A stretch of 32,000 nucleotides of DNA from Methanothermobacter marburgensis str. Marburg. GTDB lineage: Archaea > Methanobacteriota > Methanobacteria > Methanobacteriales > Methanothermobacteraceae. A program made the position numbers and the translations under genes. The DNA lies in assembly GCF_000145295.1 (NCBI RefSeq), contig NC_014408.1:810001-842000 (forward strand), read 5' to 3'. The notes below the pieces were generated by a model. It was not told the origin of the DNA, made no database searches, and saw nothing but the letters and a program-made list of their open reading frames with translations. This document shows positions 23,109 through 31,900 of this stretch, one piece after another. Positions within the stretch are counted from its first letter, which is position 1. Each line of letters opens with the position of its first letter.

Positions 23109-25865
23109 CTAAAGGGTCCCATAGAGCCCTGCTACATGCTCACATATGGAGTGGAAGGTGCACCACCTGCAGAAATCGTTCTTCCTTGCAGGGAATTCCT
23201 CCCTCCTCACCCTACCGGCAACCTCAATGAGAACCGCTTCAACATCATCCAGTGGTTCTATCTCATGCCACTCTGAATCCTCAAAGGTGTAGGCAAGGAA
23301 GCCATCAAAGTCCTCTTCAAGGGCGTGCCTGTAGAGTCCAAGCTGAAGAGAGATATCAGTCGCCTCTATACCTTCCCCTGTCATTGCCTTGAAGTCAACG
23401 AGTTCCAGTCCGCCATTGGGGTTTTCTATGATGAGGTCTGTCTGACCTGTCAGCATGAAGCCATCCCTCATTATACTGAAGGGTTTCTCTGCAGAGATTA
23501 TTCTGGCTGCACGGGACCTTATATCCTCAATGTAGCGTTTCAGTTTTGATTTGAAGGCATCAAACGCCTCCCTGCTTAAATTCAGATCCCTGAGGGTTTC
23601 TGATGCCAGCTCATGTATGTAGCCATCGGTTATGACCTCACCCCTCATGAGGCGCCTGTTTATCCTCCTGAGGCACTCATGGACCGCCATACCATAGATC
23701 TGGTTCATGGTTGACGGGACATCGAAGCCGTACTCATAGAGCATCATGTACCTGAATGGGCACGTGAGGTAGGTGTTGAGTTCTGTGAAGCTCATCCTGA
23801 AGGTCTCCATGGATTCAATATCCCCCACCTCACAGGTGTTCTTTATGACCTCTATCCTGGCATATTCAGGGTCTATCCTCCCCAGCTTATCGCTTGTTAT
23901 CCTTGAAGCCGAGAGAAGGTCCTCTATGAATGGTGAATACCCCAGTCTTCCCCTGTGGTTCTCTGTCGCAGAGATTATGAGCATGTCCTGGGCCCTTGTC
24001 ATTCCCACATAGAATAGCCGTCTCTCCTCAAGTACATCACCTCTTCCAGTACTCTTTCTGAGTTCATCAGGGATGCTGAGGTCCTCCTGTTCATCTCTAT
24101 TCTTCCTTGGTAGTTTTCCATTGAAGACAGAACAGATTATGACAACGGGAAACTCAAGGCCCTTTGCCCTGTGCATGGTCATGACATTGACCGAGTATGG
24201 GTTGTCAAGGAGGATCTGGTCGTACTTCTTAACGCTTCCATTCATCGCCATCCTCACAAACTCCATGAGCCCCTCCACGGTGGGCTCTGAGGATACCCGC
24301 TCATAGTCCTTGATTATTGAACTGAACCTTGCAAGGTTGTAGAGTTTCTCCCTTGACTCATCATCACCCCTCTCAAGGAGCCTGTGGGGGTACCTGCTGA
24401 TCTCAAGGATCTCATAATACCTCTCAAGGACGCCGAGTTCACTGTCTATGAGTCTGTTGAGGGCTACGAGTTTTTCGATGTCATCATGATCTGTGAATCC
24501 AGCCTCCCTGAATTCTTCGTGGGTTCTGAGTGACCTGAAGTCCTCATCACCCATATTTTTGATTATCTCAATGCTTTCACCGGTGAGGTCCATGAATTCA
24601 CTCTCAAAGTGTTCGGTGTTTTCATTGCTCAGTCTAACTATCCTCCGCCTTATACTCCTTGTGTGGTGGAGGAGCTGTATGATGTAGAGTATCTCCTCCC
24701 TGTCAAAGAATCCGCCCTCACCGTAGACGTTGAAGGGTATGTCCTCCCTTCTGAGTTCATTCATTATCTCGACTGCATCGTGTTTAACACTCCTGAAGAG
24801 GAGCGTCACGTACCCCTGGTGGGGGATCACATCGTGGTCCACGAGGGCCCTTATTATGCTGACTATGTTGCGTGGCTCATCCTGATGGGTGGGGTTGTCG
24901 AGGATGAAGACCCTGTTTTTTGAGTTCCTCACCGGCCTTATGGTCTTGGGGTAGTCCCTGTACCCCTCCATGAACCTCTGGGTGATGTCCACTATGCTGG
25001 GTACTGAGCGGAAGTTCCTTTCCAGCATCACAACCTCGGCACCGTACTTGTCCTCGAAGCCAAGGAAGTTCTCTGGCGTGGACCCCCTGAAGCCGTAGAT
25101 GCTCTGGTCCTCATCCCCAACTGCGAATATGTTTTTTTCATCACCTGCAAGGAGCTCCAGGAACCTCTCCTGTATGGGGTTGGTGTCCTGGTACTCGTCA
25201 ACCATGAGGAACCTGTACCTTGCCCTGAGGTCCTCGAGGACCCTCTCATCACTTTCAAGAAGTTTTACGACCTGCCACTGCATCCCTGAGAAGTCCAGGA
25301 CCCTCTTTTCCTCCATGAGTTTGAGGTATTTACCATATGCCTTTGCAGCGACGATTTCGATTCTTTTTGAACCATGGGAGCGGTGGTATTCCAGCAGGGC
25401 CTCGGGTTCAATCATGTTCTCCTGGCATTCGCTGAAGAAGGCCTGGAGTTTGACGAAGCGTTCCCTGGGTGTGTGTGCCAATCCAAGTTCTTCCCTGTGG
25501 TCGTAGATGAACATGAGCTGTTTCTCCTCATCCAGGACATGGAAGTGGGAACCCAGGGGGTGGTGGTCAGGGTACGTGCGGAGTATGCGGTTGCAGAATG
25601 AGTGTATGGTGGATATCTGCATCTCCTCTGCCCTTGAACCCACACGCCCCAGTATCCTCTCCTTCAGCTCATCGGCAGCCTTCTTTGTGAAGGTTATCAC
25701 CACGAGGCTCCCTGGATCAACCCCCCTTTCCTCTATGAGCTGGGCCACCCTCTCAACTATGATCCTGGTCTTCCCGGCCCCTGGCCCTGCAACAACCAGC
25801 ATGGGGCCGGTGAAGTGTTCCACAGCCCTGCGCTGTTCATCTGTGAGTTGAATCTCCCCTCCCAT
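23109..25865 (-). CDS. UvrD/PcrA-type SF1 helicase fused to a C-terminal PD-(D/E)XK Cas4/RecB-like nuclease with a Cys cluster
   Basis: 918-aa track ORF. VVAGPGAGKT, FLMVDEYQDTNPIQ, ERNFRS, TMHRAKGLEFPVVII, LFYVGMTRAQDML. The C-terminal domain has CPFRYMMLYEYGF ... LVDFK ... CRWCTFHSIC, which is one Cys plus CxxCxxxxxC as in Cas4/AddB-type Fe-S nucleases. Confidence 0.9.
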   Translation of the reverse strand: MGGEIQLTDEQRRAVEHFTGPMLVVAGPGAGKTRIIVERVAQLIEERGVDPGSLVVITFTKKAADELKERILGRVGSRAEEMQISTIHSFCNRILRTYPDHHPLGSHFHVLDEEKQLMFIYDHREELGLAHTPRERFVKLQAFFSECQENMIEPEALLEYHRSHGSKRIEIVAAKAYGKYLKLMEEKRVLDFSGMQWQVVKLLESDERVLEDLRARYRFLMVDEYQDTNPIQERFLELLAGDEKNIFAVGDEDQSIYGFRGSTPENFLGFEDKYGAEVVMLERNFRSVPSIVDITQRFMEGYRDYPKTIRPVRNSKNRVFILDNPTHQDEPRNIVSIIRALVDHDVIPHQGYVTLLFRSVKHDAVEIMNELRREDIPFNVYGEGGFFDREEILYIIQLLHHTRSIRRRIVRLSNENTEHFESEFMDLTGESIEIIKNMGDEDFRSLRTHEEFREAGFTDHDDIEKLVALNRLIDSELGVLERYYEILEISRYPHRLLERGDDESREKLYNLARFSSIIKDYERVSSEPTVEGLMEFVRMAMNGSVKKYDQILLDNPYSVNVMTMHRAKGLEFPVVIICSVFNGKLPRKNRDEQEDLSIPDELRKSTGRGDVLEERRLFYVGMTRAQDMLIISATENHRGRLGYSPFIEDLLSASRITSDKLGRIDPEYARIEVIKNTCEVGDIESMETFRMSFTELNTYLTCPFRYMMLYEYGFDVPSTMNQIYGMAVHECLRRINRRLMRGEVITDGYIHELASETLRDLNLSREAFDAFKSKLKRYIEDIRSRAARIISAEKPFSIMRDGFMLTGQTDLIIENPNGGLELVDFKAMTGEGIEATDISLQLGLYRHALEEDFDGFLAYTFEDSEWHEIEPLDDVEAVLIEVAGRVRREEFPARKNDFCRWCTFHSICEHVAGLYGTL

Positions 25866-26266
25866 TCACTGCACCACCTGGATGTTATTTCTATGGTATC
25901 CCTTTACTTTTATAGTTTTTCTGTTGAATAATGACGTATTACAAATTTACTTTAATTAATTAAAAAAATTAGGTGTTTAATTTTCAGGAAAAATCTAATC
26001 ATAAAGAGATGTGAAAAATGCGTGTTAGAAAACACATTGCAGTGATGCTATTTCTGGTGCCGTTATGCACTAAGAGCACCTTTATCAGCGACTAACAGTA
26101 CATATTGTGAAAACAGAGGCATAATCCAGTTTTAAAGATGTTAAAGATTACTTTAAGTCATATAATCTCGCAGCATCAAGTAAAAGCAAATCATGGTCCA
26201 CAGAAACCTGCTCTACCCCATATATTGTATGGTTTAAATCCTGGCACTCCTCAAAGCAGTTAACCT

Positions 26267-26310
26267 GGGGTTGCCAGCAGCTGTGGTGTGGCATCCCCAT
26301 TTTATTTTTT
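26267..26310 (+). terminator. hairpin plus oligo-T terminator-like element with no annotated upstream gene
   Basis: GGGGTTGCCA (26267-26276) pairs with TGGCATCCCC (26289-26298): 10 bp with one T-T mismatch and a 12-nt loop. ATTTTATTTTTT (26299-26310) follows. Confidence 0.4.
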
Positions 26311-26390
26311 AGAATATCAGGAAAATTTAGCTATGCTTTTTAATCTCATGGTTTAATAAATAAACTCTTTTCATCACCTTCACCGCAACC

Positions 26391-26422
26391 TTTATATTCA
26401 ATAAAATACATATACAGTGCTA
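26391..26422 (+). promoter_or_regulatory. TATA-box promoter module, copy A (upstream of the 26498 gene)
   Basis: TTTATATTCAATAAAATACATATACAGTGCTA matches 28/32 with copy B at 27531-27562. Confidence 0.5.
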
Positions 26423-26457
26423 CATATATGATTGTTTTATTCAGGATATTTATGTAT

Positions 26458-26479
26458 AGGGAGGTTCAGTGACCTCCCT
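26458..26479 (+). promoter_or_regulatory. 5'-leader hairpin pairing an SD-like sequence with an anti-SD-like sequence
   Basis: AGGGAGGT (26458-26465) / ACCTCCCT (26472-26479), an 8-bp perfect stem with loop TCAGTG. It lies between the promoter module and ATG 26498. Confidence 0.4.
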
Positions 26480-26497
26480 CTCTCTTCTAGAGGTGGT

Positions 26498-27340
26498 ATG
26501 TTGGACATATTTGAAGGCATAAAATATAATGAGGCTGCAGAGAGAATCCTGAAATCTGGATACACCGGCCTTGAGGGGTGGGAGGAATTCCTGAAATACC
26601 ATCCCTCCCTCCTGAACACCCCTCTGGGGCGTAAAACCGCCGAGGATATCAGAATAAAATACTTCACCGACTGGACGTCCCACATACGGTTACGGGACAT
26701 TATCCTCTTTGAGGCCTTCCAGGAGACCCGTGAAGACCCGGGAAAACACGATACAGAGGAGCTGAAGATGGAAATGAAATCCAGGTACCCCCACTTCTTT
26801 GACCTAACCGATAAACCCTTTGAGGTTAGGAAGGTTGTGGAGGCCACGCTGAACGACCTCGAAGACCCCCAGAGCGGCTGGATGAAGACCTCCCTGAAGA
26901 AACTGCTGGAGTCAAGCCTGGGGGTTACAGGCAACCTGAGGTCAAGTCCATCGGCGGTATCCCACGGTATTCTATCCCTCATATCCGGTTACCTTGAGGG
27001 GGCAGAGGATAAGAGGGGGTTCATCCTGGGACTCTTCAACTGGGAGTACGATATCTTCACACCCGCGGTGATAATGGATGATGAGAGGGACGTGGATGCC
27101 CTTGAATACCAGGAGACCCTGAGCTCATTCATATCAAACGCCAGGAAATGCCTTAAACTTTCAAGATCCCTTGTTAAAATCCTTGATACCGCCTCACCAC
27201 AGTTTCAGGTGCTTGCAGAGCTCTTCAGGGTTGCCATGTGCCTAACACCTGAATCAACACTGGCATGGCTTCAGCGGGTCTGTGAAACATACGATGTGTC
27301 TGTTGAGGACCTGAGGGCCGCCCTCATGGATAACAGCTGA
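26498..27340 (+). CDS. hypothetical protein (280 aa from ATG 26498; track ORF from TTG 26432)
   Basis: Track ORF 26432..27340. In-frame ATG 26498 is preceded by AGAGGTGGT. The TATA module at 26391 would place the transcription start near 26420. I recognised no motif. Confidence 0.65.
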   Translation: MLDIFEGIKYNEAAERILKSGYTGLEGWEEFLKYHPSLLNTPLGRKTAEDIRIKYFTDWTSHIRLRDIILFEAFQETREDPGKHDTEELKMEMKSRYPHFFDLTDKPFEVRKVVEATLNDLEDPQSGWMKTSLKKLLESSLGVTGNLRSSPSAVSHGILSLISGYLEGAEDKRGFILGLFNWEYDIFTPAVIMDDERDVDALEYQETLSSFISNARKCLKLSRSLVKILDTASPQFQVLAELFRVAMCLTPESTLAWLQRVCETYDVSVEDLRAALMDNS

Positions 27341-27357
27341 TATACCCTCTGAATACC

Positions 27358-27370
27358 TTTAATTTTTTAT
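27358..27370 (+). terminator. oligo-T tract after the 26498..27340 gene
   Basis: TTTAATTTTTTAT, with T6 at 27363-27368, lies ~20 nt after the stop codon. Confidence 0.4.
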
Positions 27371-27530
27371 TAAATGCCTACAGGCTCTCAGAGAAGGAAA
27401 CCCGAATCACAGCGCACCCCTGTGAACACTTCAAATCTTTCAGAATATCAGATTTTAAATTAAATTCTTTCATTAAACAACTATTTCACTCATATTTGAA
27501 TAAAATATTTTCAATTATTCAGTAAAAATA

Positions 27531-27562
27531 TTTATATTCAATAATTTACATATACATTACTA
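27531..27562 (+). promoter_or_regulatory. TATA-box promoter module, copy B (upstream of the 27608 gene)
   Basis: TTTATATTCAATAATTTACATATACATTACTA matches 28/32 with copy A. Confidence 0.5.
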
Positions 27563-27607
27563 GAGTCAGAGTGAATTATCTGGCTGTTAACATTAAGAGG
27601 TGATGTT

Positions 27608-28693
27608 TTGAATGAGATAGTTAAGAGCTGGCTGGGAAGCCTGGAGTTCCTCAAACCCCAGGTTTCAGGGCAGATGGAGGTAATCCCTGTTAGGGCACCT
27701 GAAGGGAGCCAGAACTACCTTACACTGAGAGAGGCGATGGGCAATAGCCTCATAAGTATAGGTGAGGTTGACGAATATGGCTCAGTACCCAGGGTACTTG
27801 CAGTTAACCGGGCTGCTGAACCCGTACTCATAATTGACGGGGAGGAACTGGAGGGTGCCAAGCAGAACCGGGTGGCCAACGTTACCGTTCTGGTTCCTGA
27901 GAAGTCAGAAACCATTATACCTGTAAGCTGCGTGGAGCAGGGCAGATGGTCCTACGCCTCAAAGGAGTTCAGGGACCCTGAAAGGGTCGCTGCACTCAAC
28001 GTAAGGGTTACCAAGACAAGGACCGTGACAGAGAACCTTGAGAACATTGGCAGAAGAGCTGAAATAGATGATACACCTGAGGATGAGCAGGTAATACGTG
28101 ACACCTTTGGGAATAACCGGGAGGTCAACATCAGAAACCAGGAAGAGTTACTGACGGCGTACTGCTCACGCCAGAGCAGCGTATGGGATGAGGTTAACAG
28201 GCTTCACAGAAGGACCGGCTCAACCTCAAAAACAGGTGCAATGGCAGATGCCTACAGAAAGAAGAGAAAGACACTGGAGGAATTCAAAAAACCATTCAAA
28301 CCAGTGAAGGGGCAGAACGGAGTGCTTGTTGCAATTAACGGTAGAATTGCAGGATTTGAACTTGTATCAAGAAGTTCATCCTACAGGAAACTCCATGATA
28401 AGATCATAAAGAGTTATGCAATTGAGGCCATGCTCCATGATGAGGTAAAATACGACCCTGTGGACCCTGAAGGCTTCATTGAGAGGATTATGAGCGCAGA
28501 GGAACACCGTTACCCCTCCCCAGGCTACGGGATAGACCACAGGTACACTGCCGAGGGTCTTGTGGGCTCAGCCCTGACACATGCAGGTGAGGTCATACAC
28601 TCGGTGTTCTTCAACCTCCAGGAGGAGAGCAGGAGTATTAGAGGCTACAGGGAGAGGGCTGAGACCATGAGGAGGAACAACCACTACATTTAA
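27608..28693 (+). CDS. conserved hypothetical protein (361 aa)
   Basis: Track ORF with a TTG start 3 nt after GAGGTGAT. The N-terminal region YLTLREAMGNSLISIGEVDEYGSVPRVLAVNRAAEPVLIIDGEELEGAKQNRVANVTVLVP..IPVSCVEQGRWSY looks like a conserved DUF-type domain that I cannot name with confidence. Confidence 0.7.
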   Translation: MNEIVKSWLGSLEFLKPQVSGQMEVIPVRAPEGSQNYLTLREAMGNSLISIGEVDEYGSVPRVLAVNRAAEPVLIIDGEELEGAKQNRVANVTVLVPEKSETIIPVSCVEQGRWSYASKEFRDPERVAALNVRVTKTRTVTENLENIGRRAEIDDTPEDEQVIRDTFGNNREVNIRNQEELLTAYCSRQSSVWDEVNRLHRRTGSTSKTGAMADAYRKKRKTLEEFKKPFKPVKGQNGVLVAINGRIAGFELVSRSSSYRKLHDKIIKSYAIEAMLHDEVKYDPVDPEGFIERIMSAEEHRYPSPGYGIDHRYTAEGLVGSALTHAGEVIHSVFFNLQEESRSIRGYRERAETMRRNNHYI

Positions 28694-28859
28694 CTCCAAT
28701 CACCCTCTTTTATTATCAGTGAATAGTAAAAAATCTCCGACGAATAACCTGAAAAACCCCATCAACTTCTTTATTATCAGCAAAAGCATTTAATCGGACC
28801 ATATGAATAACCATATTTAAAATTTGTTTTAAAATAATTAAAGTTAATTTTAAATATCG

Positions 28860-28897
28860 CCTCCCTTAAAGTAAACCTGAATAAAATTAAAGGGAGG
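28860..28897 (+). promoter_or_regulatory. candidate SD-sequestering hairpin upstream of the CobN-like gene
   Basis: CCTCCCTT (28860-28867) pairs perfectly with AAGGGAGG (28890-28897) across a 22-nt AT-rich loop. The 3' arm is the gene's Shine-Dalgarno sequence. Confidence 0.35.
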
Positions 28898-28904
28898 TGA
28901 AAAT

Positions 28905-31900
28905 ATTAAAAGATTCATCACAGTAATGGCGGTGATACTCGCAGTTGCACTGACTGGCACAGCCAGCGCAGCGGAGGTTTCAGGACACATAAAGGAGATC
29001 TACAATGAAACATCAGGAGGATACACCACACTCCAGGACGCGCTGCCAGTGAAGAATGCCACCATCACCGTGATATACAATGGTTCGGTTATCAATGAAA
29101 CACGAACAGCAGCAGACGGATCCTACAGGGTCACATTCAGTGACACATTCCCTGTTGAGGTGAGGATAAGCTACCACACCTACCGTCCGGTGACATACAC
29201 CGTAACCGCGAGCAGAACACTGAACCACACATTCATGCCGGATATAGCCATCATAAGCTCGGTCCCTGAGAAGGGACGCATACTGGAGTCAATGGGTAAC
29301 AGGAGGATAATCTACCATGACATGTGGGATCCCTCCTCAGCGGCCAGTGACTGGATCATGGAGTACGTGAACTTCGCCTACCTGGACATGGCAATGCCCG
29401 GGACAGGCTGGGGCGACTCCTGGTATCCATACCTCCTGAGGAGTCCCGCGAACCAGAGGAACATGATAGCAGCTGCCTTCGGTTACCCCACAGACACAGA
29501 CACTGACCCCTACGGTGGAACAGGCCTGAACCTCCTTGGTGGAACACCCGGAAATGACACGCCCGATACAGTGGAGAACACCTACATTGCAAGTTACTAC
29601 GCCCTTGCATCAGGAGGGGCAGCCAGGGAGAACCTGGAGAACATGATAAAATACATCCAGTATCTCCTCGGTGAGACCACCTTCAACCCGGTTGAGAACA
29701 ATCAGGGGCCGGTCATGGCAGCCCCTGACTGGGGACTCTACCACCCTGACCTTGGAGTCATGAGTGTGGTTGCAGAAAGATCCAGAATAAAGGCCTGGAT
29801 AGAGGGCAACCCTGGTCTCATACCACCATATGACAGCCTCAGATGGATAGACCAGAACTTCTCAGCATGGGCGGAAGACCAGAGGGCAGATATCTACAGA
29901 CAGTTCGAGAACTGGTACACAGCAAACAAAAACATGACAGGACCATTCATCGTCGTTGTAAGCTACAATCCATCACCAACCGTGGACGCGATAATACGCC
30001 AGGCAGAGAAAGAGGGAAGGGCCATATTCAACCTATACCAGGGCGCCACAAACCCTGCTGTGAGTTCACTCCTTGAGGAACTCGCCCTTGGTGTTAACGG
30101 TAAGGGACCCCTCACAAGGAGGATAGACGCGGTGATATCCCTCTACTCCTGGTCACTCAACTACGCCAACCTGCCATCAGGTGGGGCGGTTGCAGAGTTT
30201 GAGAGGATAAACATCCCTGTGATCAAGGGGGTGCAGCTATACAGCAACTCAAGCCTCACAAACCCGCTGGGTGCCCAGTACGAATGGACATGGCAGGTCA
30301 CGATACCCGGGTTCGAGGGTGTCTTCTCACCCATCGTTGTATCCTACACCGACGCATCATGGAACGAAGTTGTGGTACAGCCCGGCGTTGAGAAGATCGT
30401 CAAACTGGCCGATGCCTGGGCAAGGCTCAGGGAACTCAGTAATGCAGATAAGAAAATCGCGGTGATACTCTACAGCTACCCGCCGGGTAAGGATGGGTTT
30501 ACGGCATCATACCTGGACGTCTTCAGGAGCCTCCACGACCTCCTGGTGAAGCTCAACGAGACAGGGTACCGGGTTGAAAGGATACCCGACGTGGAGGAGC
30601 TCTACAGGATAGTCTCAGAGTTTGGTAACAAGGGGACCTGGGCCCAGCCACTCCTTGAAAGGTACGTGAGTGAGCACAGGGCAGAACTGCAGGCCAGCGG
30701 ACAGCTCCTTGATGTGCAGAAATACCTGGAATGGTTCAGCAAACTCCCTGAAAAACTCAGGTCAGAGGTCATATCAAAATGGGGGACCGCACCAGGCAAC
30801 ATAATGACGGTGAACGGCAGCATCGTGATACCGGGTATAATGCTGGGGAACATCTTCGTGACGGTCCAGCCGGCACGTGGATGGGACGAGGTCACAGACT
30901 ACCACAACCCCTACCTGCCACCACACCACCAGTACATAGCCTTCTACAGGTGGCTGGAGAACGTCTTCATGGCAAACGCAATGATACACCTTGGAACCCA
31001 CGGGACACTGGAGTTCCTCCCTGGAAGGATGATAGGGCTCATGGAGGATGACTGGCCATTCCAGCTCACAGGGATACCCAACATCTACCCCTACATAGTC
31101 TCAAATCCAGGGGAGGGTATGGTTGCAAAGGACCGGAGCGGGGCACTCATAATCGACCACATGACCCCTGCAATGGTTGAGAGCGGACTGTACGGTAAAC
31201 TCATTGAGATACATGACCTCATCCACCAGTACGAGAACGCCCTAAAGGTTGGTAACAGCCAGATACTCCCAGCCCTTGAGTCCCAGATCAGATCCAGAGC
31301 CTCAGAGATGGGCTTCAACATGTCAGGAAACTTCACAGATGCCCTGGAGAGGCTTCACCTCAGTCTCCATGAGATAGAATCAGACATAATCCCCCTGGGA
31401 CTTCACAGTCTCGGAAGGGTGCTTGAGGGTGAGGAGCTGGTTGAGGAGGTTCTCACCATAGCATCATCAAGGTCAGAGTTCCTGGAGAACATCAGGAAAA
31501 CCATTTACCCATCAAAGCCAGCCTACACTGAAATGCTTAAGGACCCCCTGAGATACAGCGACGAGATAGCCTCGGTTAAGAACCTTGCACGGACATGGAT
31601 CAGGAACATCATAAACGGCACTGCCCCTGCAGGTATAAACGGCACCGACCTTGAATTCATCAATGAGACAATCAGAAAGATACGTGGAAACACCGAATGG
31701 CAGAGCCTGCTTTCAGCCCTTGGAGGGGGCTTTGTGAGGCCAGGCCTTGCAGGTGACCCTGCATGGTGTGATGTGCTTCCAACAGGCGCCAACTTCTACG
31801 CCACCAACCCCAAGAAGATGCCAACAAAGGCCGCCTGGGAGACCGCAAAGAGAATCACAGACACCCTCCTTGCAGAGTACTACATGAAGCACGGAAAATT

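Noticed and set aside
26432-26982. Minus-strand ORFs 26437..26982 and 26450..26683, and the TTG 26432 extension of the + ORF
   Set aside because: The minus-strand products are Ser/Arg-rich antisense-type sequence. The TTG extension would begin only ~10 nt after the predicted promoter module, has no SD and encodes an odd MFYSGYLCIGRF peptide. ATG 26498 with AGAGGTGGT is preferred.
28694-28904. Cobalamin riboswitch upstream of the CobN-like gene, and an 11-mer repeat TTTATTATCAG (28709-28719, 28770-28780)
   Set aside because: I saw no B12-box-like GCCACTG core or conserved riboswitch helices. The 11-mer is AT-rich and short enough to recur by chance in this AT-rich spacer.
29013-31792. Track ORFs on both strands within the CobN-like region (29013..29228, 29356..29610, 29843..30076, 30271..30465, 30602..30895, 30774..31001, 30779..31051, 31091..31336, 31523..31792)
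   Set aside because: All are nested in or opposite one uninterrupted + frame (28881 to window end) that carries CobN-family motifs. That frame is absent from the track only because it has no stop in the window.
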